From assembly GCA_022560555.1 (NCBI GenBank), contig JADFSZ010000029.1, positions 1 to 12,890 on the forward strand: a stretch of 12,890 nt of DNA, in the 5' to 3' direction. Made by a program: the position numbers and the translations under genes. The DNA is from PVC group bacterium (GTDB lineage Bacteria > GCA-001730085 > JADFSZ01). The notes beneath the pieces are model-generated. The model made no database searches. It was not told the DNA's origin and saw only the letters and a list, made by a program, of their open reading frames with translations. Within the stretch, counting starts at the first letter, position 1, and every line of letters begins with the position of its first letter. Shown here piece after piece: positions 1 through 5,492 of the stretch.

Positions 1-61
1 GAGCGGGGAGACCGGCGCGATCGTGAAACGCCGGTGGATCATTCAGATGGATGTACCGTAA
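1..61 (+). CDS. Possible 3' end of an upstream CDS. Frame 2 reads ...SGETGAIVKRRWIIQMDVP* with stop TAA at 59-61. Product unknown.
   Basis: Frame 2 is open from the window edge to TAA 59-61. Frame 3 stops at 22-24. The stop lies 1 nt before the second in-frame ATG (63) of the Memo-like gene, which fits the tight packing elsewhere in the window. The fragment is too short to identify. An AMMECR1 or radical-SAM partner of Memo is only a guess from context. Confidence 0.3.
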   Translation, partial: SGETGAIVKRRWIIQMDVP

Positions 62-860
62 AATGTACCGCAAACCTGCCGTGGCCGGTCAATTTTATTC
101 TTCGGACAAAAACGAGCTTTCCCGGAACCTCAAAGAGTTTTTAGGTAAAATAGAAGGGCAAAAAAATGTCTTTGCCGTCATGGTTCCGCATGCCGGATAT
201 GTCTATTCGGGCTCTGTCGCGGGAGAAGTGTTTTCAAAAATCACGATCCCGGACACTGTTCTTCTTTTGGGGCCGAATCATACAGGGATGGGTGTTCCCC
301 TCTCGATTATGGCCGAAGGATCGTGGGAAACGCCTCTCGGAACGGTGGATATTGATACAGATTTAGCTCAAGAGCTGCTCAGGAATTCCGAGGTGTTAGA
401 ATCCGACCACGATGCGCATAGACGTGAACATTCGCTGGAAGTTGAAATCCCGTTCCTTCAAATGCTTAAAAGTTCTTTTCGGATTATTCCTATCGTTATT
501 GGGACACAAAAAGAAGATTTGCTCAGAACATTGGGTGCGGAAATAGCGAGAAACCTCAAAGGAAAAAATGTTCTGATCGTCATTAGCTCAGACATGACAC
601 ATTACGAAACACATGACGCGGCTCAAAAAAAAGATGCCTTCGCCATTCGAGCCATTGAAGAACTAGATGAAGGCGCTTTGTCAAAAGCCGTGAGCACACA
701 TCAGATTAGCATGTGCGGATATGCCCCCGCGTATACAGCCCTGGTGGCCGTAAAAAAACTCGGCGCGACCGAGGGTAAACTAATTCGCTACAAAACCAGC
801 GGTGAGGTTTCAGGTGATTATGATAAAGTTGTGGGATATGCCGGGATGGTGATCACATGA
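51..860 (+). CDS. amrB: Memo-like protein (AmmeMemoRadiSam system protein B family, UPF0103)
   Basis: 269-aa ORF. The N-terminus RKPAVAGQFY and the segment VPHAGYVYSG are typical of the Memo/AmrB family, and so is the length. Two in-frame ATGs (51 and 63) arise from a 12-bp tandem duplication. The true start may be 63. Confidence 0.87.
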   Translation: MYRKMYRKPAVAGQFYSSDKNELSRNLKEFLGKIEGQKNVFAVMVPHAGYVYSGSVAGEVFSKITIPDTVLLLGPNHTGMGVPLSIMAEGSWETPLGTVDIDTDLAQELLRNSEVLESDHDAHRREHSLEVEIPFLQMLKSSFRIIPIVIGTQKEDLLRTLGAEIARNLKGKNVLIVISSDMTHYETHDAAQKKDAFAIRAIEELDEGALSKAVSTHQISMCGYAPAYTALVAVKKLGATEGKLIRYKTSGEVSGDYDKVVGYAGMVIT

Positions 861-1291
861 GTGTGCACACCAAAAACAAAACAGAGATCGACCTCACAAA
901 GTTCCGGTGTGTGAAATGCGGCAATTGCTGCCGTCTGGCCTGGTCTTCCGATAAGCTGCGCTTCTCGAAATCCAGGCACAAGATATTTTGGGGTTCCAGG
1001 TATGGGGAGCCCGGATGTGTTTATGTTACACGTCGGGAAATTCCTGAAATCGCGAAATTTTTAAAATTGAAAGTGAATGATTTTGTGGAACGTTTTACGC
1101 GTTTTGCGCCGAAGCCTTACTTGAGTCTCATCGAAAAGAAAGATAAATCCTGTGTTTTCTTAAAAGACAATCGATGCCAAATCTACAAAGTCCGTCCGGG
1201 TCAGTGCCGGAACTATCCGTTTAATTGGTCGAGGGAAGAAACCCTCATGACGTGTGAGGGTGTTAAAAAATATTGTTTGAACGATACGTAA
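857..1291 (+). CDS. YkgJ-family cysteine-cluster protein (CxxCxxCC, putative Fe-S/zinc protein, UPF0153)
   Basis: 144-aa ORF with CVKCGNCC near the N-terminus and a C-terminal CVFLKDNRCQIYKVRPGQCRNYP block, the hallmark of the CxxCxxCC/YkgJ family. Its start overlaps the upstream stop as ATGA (857-860), implying translational coupling. Confidence 0.75.
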   Translation: MSVHTKNKTEIDLTKFRCVKCGNCCRLAWSSDKLRFSKSRHKIFWGSRYGEPGCVYVTRREIPEIAKFLKLKVNDFVERFTRFAPKPYLSLIEKKDKSCVFLKDNRCQIYKVRPGQCRNYPFNWSREETLMTCEGVKKYCLNDT

Positions 1292-1309
1292 TGTGATAGG
1301 AGGAATTGT

Positions 1310-1690
1310 ATGGAAGGTGATCCAAAGAAAAAAGTCGATGAAAGCTGGAAAGAACAGGCCAAAAGTGATTTCGATAAAAACGTCCCCAATGCTTCTCAAA
1401 AAGAACCTGTGCCGAAAGGCCCGCAAGATCATGTCGCAGATATGCCTCCGGCCGACTTTTTGAGTTTTGTGACAACCCTCGGGATGCAGGCGGCTTCGCT
1501 TCTGGGGCTTGTCCCGAATCCGGAAACAAGTAAGGCTGAAAAAGATTTACCCCAGGCCAAATATCTTATCGATACGCTTGCTATGCTTGAAGAAAAAACA
1601 AAAAGTAATTTAACGGAAAGCGAAGCCAAAACCCTTGAACAACTGCTGTATGATTTGCGTATGCAGTATGTCCAAGCTTCTGGTTCATAA
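1310..1690 (+). CDS. DUF1844 domain-containing protein
   Basis: 126-aa ORF. The pattern FLSFVTTLGMQAASLLGLVPNP...AKYLIDTLAMLEEKTKSNLTESE...LEQLLYDLRMQYV matches my recollection of the DUF1844 family. A strong RBS AGGAGG (1298-1303) lies 6 nt upstream of the ATG. Confidence 0.7.
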   Translation: MEGDPKKKVDESWKEQAKSDFDKNVPNASQKEPVPKGPQDHVADMPPADFLSFVTTLGMQAASLLGLVPNPETSKAEKDLPQAKYLIDTLAMLEEKTKSNLTESEAKTLEQLLYDLRMQYVQASGS

Positions 1691-1710
1691 ATTATTTATG
1701 GGTAATAAGT

Positions 1711-2238
1711 ATGAGTCATTATTTGAGAATTTATCCTGATCCTGTACTGCGAAAAAAAGCCGCGAATATTGATGATTTTTCCGAGAATTTGACAGTTCTT
1801 GTCAGTGACATGAGACGGATCTTAGCTGAGGTAGGAGGGGTTGGGCTTGCCGCTCCTCAGATAGGGGTTTCCAAACGTGTTATCCTTGTTCGAATGAATC
1901 CGATGGGACGTGTTGAGGACGAAGATGTGCGCGTGTTTATCAATCCTGAAATCATGGATGCAACTGGCAGTCGAATCGGGGAAGAAGGATGTTTGTCCAT
2001 CCCGGATGTATTGGGAGAGGTTGAGAGAAGCGCTCAAGTAAAGATTCGGGCCAAAGATCTTTTGGGAAAACATCTGGATTTTACCGCTCAAGATCTTGTC
2101 AGTGTGATTTTTCAGCATGAGATCGATCATTTGGACGGGATATTGTTTACCGACCGTATGAGTGCCGCAAAAAAGATTACGATATCCAGCCAGTTAAAGC
2201 AGTTGAAAAAGAAGTATCAGAAGGACCGTAAATCGTAA
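1711..2238 (+). CDS. def: Peptide deformylase
   Basis: 175 aa with the three canonical PDF motifs: GVGLAAPQIG, EGCLSIP and QHEIDHLDG. Confidence 0.95.
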   Translation: MSHYLRIYPDPVLRKKAANIDDFSENLTVLVSDMRRILAEVGGVGLAAPQIGVSKRVILVRMNPMGRVEDEDVRVFINPEIMDATGSRIGEEGCLSIPDVLGEVERSAQVKIRAKDLLGKHLDFTAQDLVSVIFQHEIDHLDGILFTDRMSAAKKITISSQLKQLKKKYQKDRKS

Positions 2239-2247
2239 ATCGTAAAT
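2227..2247 (+). repeat. Perfect tandem heptamer repeat (CGTAAAT)x3 spanning the def stop codon
   Basis: Direct reading gives cgtaaat at 2227-2233, 2234-2240 and 2241-2247. It supplies TAA in all three frames (2229, 2236, 2243). Confidence 0.9.
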
Positions 2248-2257
2248 GTCTAGCGAT

Positions 2258-2266
2258 TGGTATAGT
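2258..2266 (+). promoter_or_regulatory. Candidate extended -10 promoter element (TGgTATAGT) just downstream of def
   Basis: tggtatagt matches TGnTATAAT at 8 of 9 positions. No convincing -35 is present, and extended -10 promoters can lack one. It would place a TSS near 2273, upstream of the structured spacer and fmt. This rests on sequence match only. Confidence 0.25.
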
Positions 2267-2341
2267 TTTAATCGAATAATTTGTGGGCAGTGACCTATCG
2301 ATTCAGCCATTTTTTTCGCTTACAGTGGGCCATCGCTTGGT

Positions 2342-2601
2342 CGAGTTTAACCCGAAACTTGGAACTTTATTAGCTTGTGCATGATTTTCGAGGGGCGAAG
2401 ACCATCGGAAATTCAGGCTTCAGGGTCCGCAACGCCTGAGTTTCCGTACAGCAAGCTGTACAAAAATCAGGCACGAGCTTATTGGGCTATATTTCGGGAT
2501 GAACTCGCCCTCAGGCAATAAATTGCCTAGAGGGCTCAAACACAAGCGACCATCGGAATTTTTCTGAACTCTCGGTCGCTCATGAGCGCCCAAGTTCGCT
2601 C
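2342..2601 (+). ncRNA. Candidate unclassified structured RNA in the def-fmt spacer: a three-way-junction core (2342-2507) plus three downstream hairpins
   Basis: Hand-folded helices:
- 2342-2357/2492-2507: 15 of 16 positions paired.
- 2372-2380/2471-2479: 9 bp.
- 2382-2388/2463-2469: 7 bp.
- 2406-2418/2434-2446: 13 bp with a 15-nt loop.
- 2447-2451/2456-2460: 5 bp with a CAAG loop.
- 2507-2535: 12 bp with one bulged A and a TAAA loop.
- 2546-2551/2574-2579: 6 bp.
- 2584-2588/2597-2601: 5 bp.

The three wobble pairs (2348.2501, 2376.2475, 2412.2440) are U.G on the + strand and would be A.C mismatches on the - strand. No ORF of 60 aa or more exists here on either strand. I recognised no known family signature. 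Confidence 0.4.
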
Positions 2602-2697
2602 AAAAAAGTCTAAATCGATTTCTTAGATTATTCACACATCGTTTGGACAATACATTTAAGTCTTTACGCTATACGCTTGTTAAAAGGAGTTTTTGTT

Positions 2698-3636
2698 TTG
2701 AGTCTTCGTGTCATATTTATGGGCACTCCGGAATTTTCTCTTAGCTCCTTAGAGGCTCTTCACAATCATTCGGCCGTGGAACTCCTTTTGGTTGTCACCA
2801 GGCCGGATGCTCCGCAAGGGCGCGGCCTCAAACTTGTAGAATCGCCCGTGAAACACTTAGCCGAAAATCTTCGAATTCCGGTGTCGACCCCGTCCAAGAT
2901 CAATGATCCGGAATTTGTGAAAAGCCTCCAAGATCTCAAACCGGATTTGATTTTAACAGTCGCGTTTGGTCTTTTTCTAGGGAGCGCGATTCTGAAGATT
3001 CCCCAATCGGGATGCCTCAATATTCACGCGTCCATATTGCCGAAGTATCGGGGCGCGTCTCCTATTCAGCGGGCCATTATCAACGGAGAATCTGAAACAG
3101 GGCTTACGGTTTTTCGCATTGTCAAGGAAATGGACGCGGGAGATATCCTGATGCAGGAAAAACTTAGTATCTCGGCCGATGAAACGGCCGGAGAGCTTCA
3201 TGACCGACTGGGGCGCCTCGCCTCCGTTGTCACTCAAAAGACCATTGATGCCGTTCTTAGCGGCAAAGAAACGTATACCCCCCAAGCTCATGAAAAGGCC
3301 ACATTTGCTCCCAAACTTAAAAAAGAGGATGGGCATATCAACTGGGACCAAGAGGCCAAAGACGTATTTAACCAGATCCGCGGCGTAACACCGTGGCCGG
3401 GAGCTTACGGCTCTTATCAAGGAGCCCGATTAAAGTTTCATCGGACGCGAGTTCTGGAGGCCGACCAAACATTCCGGGCAGGCACAATCATAAAAGCCGA
3501 TGATGCGGGAATCTGCGTGGGGTGCCGGAAGGGTCAAATCGTTATTGATGAGCTTCAGATGGCCGGGGGGCGTTTACTGAGGGCTCAGGAATTTTTGTGT
3601 GGACACAACATCAAACCCGGGGACATCATTCAATAA
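2698..3636 (+). CDS. fmt: Methionyl-tRNA formyltransferase
   Basis: The N-terminus RVIFMGTPEF, the formyltransferase core NIHASILPKYRGASPIQRAIINGESETGLTVF...MDAGDI and a C-terminal Fmt domain are all present. The ORF track opens at 2677 (TTG). I prefer the in-frame TTG at 2698 because AAGGAG (2684-2689) sits 8 nt upstream and the resulting N-terminus MSLRVIFMGTPEF matches normal Fmt N-termini. Confidence 0.93.
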   Translation: MSLRVIFMGTPEFSLSSLEALHNHSAVELLLVVTRPDAPQGRGLKLVESPVKHLAENLRIPVSTPSKINDPEFVKSLQDLKPDLILTVAFGLFLGSAILKIPQSGCLNIHASILPKYRGASPIQRAIINGESETGLTVFRIVKEMDAGDILMQEKLSISADETAGELHDRLGRLASVVTQKTIDAVLSGKETYTPQAHEKATFAPKLKKEDGHINWDQEAKDVFNQIRGVTPWPGAYGSYQGARLKFHRTRVLEADQTFRAGTIIKADDAGICVGCRKGQIVIDELQMAGGRLLRAQEFLCGHNIKPGDIIQ

Positions 3637-3653
3637 AGCCAAGGCAAAAGTCC

Positions 3654-3682
3654 TTGCTATCTCCTAACCATAGTTATATAAT
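3654..3682 (+). promoter_or_regulatory. Candidate sigma70-type promoter for yajQ (TTGCTA-N17-TATAAT)
   Basis: ttgcta at 3654-3659, a 17-nt spacer, and a perfect tataat at 3677-3682. It lies 79 nt upstream of the yajQ ATG. This rests on sequence match only. Confidence 0.45.
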
Positions 3683-3760
3683 TCCAGGACTAACGTAGGG
3701 ACCAATAAAACCGTTTACGGAGTATCCCCCTTCACCCATAAGTTTATCTTTACCAATGCT

Positions 3761-4258
3761 ATGGCGTCTAGTTATTCATTTGACATTGTTTCACAGGTTG
3801 ATCTGCAGGAAGTTCAAAACGCTGTTAATCAGGCGTCAAAAGAACTTCATCAGCGCTTTGATCTTAAAGGGTCGAACAGCCGCGTGGACTGGGATGAGAA
3901 AAAAAGCGAACTGCGTCTGCACTCATCTGATGATTATAAACTCAAGGCTGTGAATGAGATTTTACGCCAAAAATTACTAAAGAGAAATGTCTCAGTAAAA
4001 TCTTTAGAGTACAAAGAAGCCGAAGCTTCTCCGAGCGGCGAAGTTAAACAGCATATTTTGATCCGGCAGGGGATTGCACAGGATAAAGCCAAAGACATTG
4101 TCAAAATGCTTAAAAAAGAAGGTTTTAAGGTCCAGTCGCAAATTCAACAGGATCAAATACGGGTCACATCGAAAAGCAAAGACGATTTGCAGGCTGTGAT
4201 GCAATTTTTAAGGCAAAGTGTCAACGATATACACCTTGATTTTGTCAATTATCGATAA
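3761..4258 (+). CDS. yajQ: YajQ-family nucleotide / cyclic-di-GMP-binding protein (UPF0234, DUF520)
   Basis: 165 aa. The N-terminus SYSFDIVSQVDLQEVQNAVNQASKEL...RFDLKGS closely parallels E. coli YajQ (PSFDIVSEVDLQE...). The length is typical. Confidence 0.9.
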   Translation: MASSYSFDIVSQVDLQEVQNAVNQASKELHQRFDLKGSNSRVDWDEKKSELRLHSSDDYKLKAVNEILRQKLLKRNVSVKSLEYKEAEASPSGEVKQHILIRQGIAQDKAKDIVKMLKKEGFKVQSQIQQDQIRVTSKSKDDLQAVMQFLRQSVNDIHLDFVNYR

Positions 4259-4327
4259 GGTGAGAAATTTTAGGAACTGTGAATATTCGAAAACCGTGCG
4301 TGAGGGGATAAACAAGGAGGATCGACC

Positions 4328-5377
4328 ATGGTGACTGCCGTCAAAGTTGAAGAGAAAACAAAGGAAAAAGAAAAAGACAAGGAAAAGGAGCAAAAGGCCC
4401 AAGCCCTCGGTCTGGCGGTGACTCAGATTGAAAAACAATTTGGTAAAGGCTCGATCATGAAGCTTGGGGATGAGCGAATGATCTCGGATGTTCCGGCCAT
4501 TTCCACAGGGGCTCTGACACTGGATATTTGCTTAGGGATAGGGGGGCTGCCGAGAGGACGTGTTGTGGAAATCTTCGGCCCCGAGTCATCGGGGAAGACA
4601 TCTCTCTCGTTAACAGTTGTGGCCAACGCGCAAAAAGCGGGAGGTATTGCAGCCTACATTGATGCGGAACATGCCATAGATCCTACTTACACGAAGAAAT
4701 TGGGTGTGAATTTGAATGAACTGCTTATTTCTCAGCCGGACACCGGAGAACAGGCTCTGGATATTTGCGAAATGCTTGTCAGAAGCAATGCGGTGGATAT
4801 CATTGTCATAGATTCTGTGGCGGCATTGGTGCCCCGCGCGGAGATTGAAGGGGATATGGGAGACTCGCATATGGGTTTGCAGGCGCGCCTGATGAGTCAA
4901 GCGATGCGAAAATTGGCAGCCGCCATCAGTAAATCCAAAACGTGTGTTATTTTTATCAATCAAATCCGTATGAAGATCGGGGTTGTGTTCGGGAATCCCG
5001 AGACAACAACGGGCGGGAATGCGCTCAAGTTTTATTCGTCCGTCAGAATCGATGTCAGGCGAGCCGGACAAGTGACGGATGGAGACGTGATTATCGGCAA
5101 CCGGGTGAGGGCCAAGGTGGTCAAAAACAAAGTTGCGCCGCCGTTTCGTGTTGCCGAATTTGATCTTTTGTTTGAGTCGGGTATTTCCCGGGAAGGCTGC
5201 ATCCTGGATCTTGGGGTTCAGGAAAATATCATAGAAAAATCAGGAGCATGGTACTCGTATGGAGCGGACAGGATCGGCCAAGGGAGGGAGAATGTCCGAA
5301 AATTTCTTTTAGAAAATCCAAAAATAACAAATGAGATAGATAAAAAGCTGAGAGAAAAGCTTCTTGTGCCGCGTTAA
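4328..5377 (+). CDS. recA: Recombinase RecA
   Basis: [15 protein letters not shown], Walker [27 protein letters not shown], and [32 protein letters not shown] are present. RBS AAGGAGG (4314-4320) lies 7 nt upstream of the ATG. The protein carries a Lys/Glu-rich N-terminal extension. Confidence 0.97.
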
Positions 5378-5405
5378 ACAGAAGATGGTTTTTTAAGTGC
5401 CTAAC

Positions 5406-5446
5406 GGGATAGTATGCCGCTCAGGGCGGGATGCTGTCCCTTTTTT
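5406..5446 (+). terminator. Rho-independent terminator downstream of recA
   Basis: A long imperfect GC-rich hairpin: 5406-5412 pairs with 5434-5440, the inner pairs 5413-5415/5431-5433 and 5417-5420/5426-5429 continue it, and the loop is 5 nt. It is followed immediately by T6 (5441-5446). Confidence 0.8.
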
Positions 5447-5492
5447 AGACGTGTTTAATAAATTGTTGACAACCTAAAGAGAGGAATGACTT

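Noticed and set aside
1-50. A GC-rich stretch at the 5' edge, compared with the AT-richer remainder, considered as a possible island or mobile-element boundary.
   Set aside because: Only about 50 nt are visible and they are most simply the 3' end of an upstream coding sequence. That is far too little to call a compositional boundary.
2381-2521. A 46-aa ORF (MIFEGRRPSEIQASGSATPEFPYSKLYKNQARAYWAIFRDELALRQ) inside the def-fmt spacer. Smaller ORFs also occur, such as a 15-aa ORF at 2246-2293.
   Set aside because: No Shine-Dalgarno sequence lies upstream, although the well-supported genes nearby have clear AGGAGG-type sites. I recognise no motif in it. It runs straight through the paired arms of the predicted RNA helices, so the structure explains the sequence better than coding does.
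2584-2607. The hairpin gagcg-N8-cgctc next to a homopolymer run, considered as a rho-independent terminator.
   Set aside because: On the + strand the hairpin is followed by A6, not a U-tract. On the - strand the T-run precedes the hairpin. It is not a terminator in either orientation.
2239-2697. Assignment of the spacer to a known RNA class: tRNA, tmRNA, RNase P RNA, SRP/4.5S RNA, T-box, ZTP/THF/TPP riboswitches, or hammerhead/twister ribozymes.
   Set aside because: By eye I found none of the diagnostic motifs:
- no GGTTCGAATCC-type T-arm
- no GGAAAGTCC (RNase P)
- no GGAAGCAG SRP domain IV
- no T-box sequence
- no CCGCCTGGGC (ZTP)
- no CTGAGA (TPP)
- no CTGATGA...GAAA hammerhead core.

This is not a substitute for a covariance-model search, so the region remains unclassified rather than proven novel.
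2677-2697. The ORF-track start (TTG 2677) for fmt.
   Set aside because: The AAGGAG RBS (2684-2689) lies inside this extension and is correctly spaced for the in-frame TTG at 2698. The extra residues MLKGVFV have no counterpart in typical Fmt N-termini.
2977-3420. Long antisense ORFs opposite the annotated genes: 2977-3420 (147 aa, opposite fmt), 4610-5071 (153 aa, opposite recA), 6572-7000 (142 aa) and 7058-7417 (119 aa, opposite hflC), 10629-10976 and 10973-11269 (opposite alaS), and 11801-12115.
   Set aside because: Each lies fully opposite a confidently identified conserved gene. Their translations are low-complexity or R/S/F-rich with no motifs I recognise, and none has an RBS. They are typical shadow ORFs.
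3640-3656. A small hairpin caagg-N7-ccttg just after the fmt stop, considered as a terminator.
   Set aside because: The stem is only 5 bp, no T-tract follows it, and it overlaps the candidate -35 element of the yajQ promoter.
5466-5471. A perfect TTGACA -35 hexamer upstream of hflK.
   Set aside because: A -10 element at 17-nt spacing would fall on the sequence acttat, which overlaps the hflK ATG (5493), and the implied TSS would lie inside the gene and past the RBS (5478-5484). It has no usable partner, so it is probably coincidental. The real hflK promoter is not identifiable by eye.
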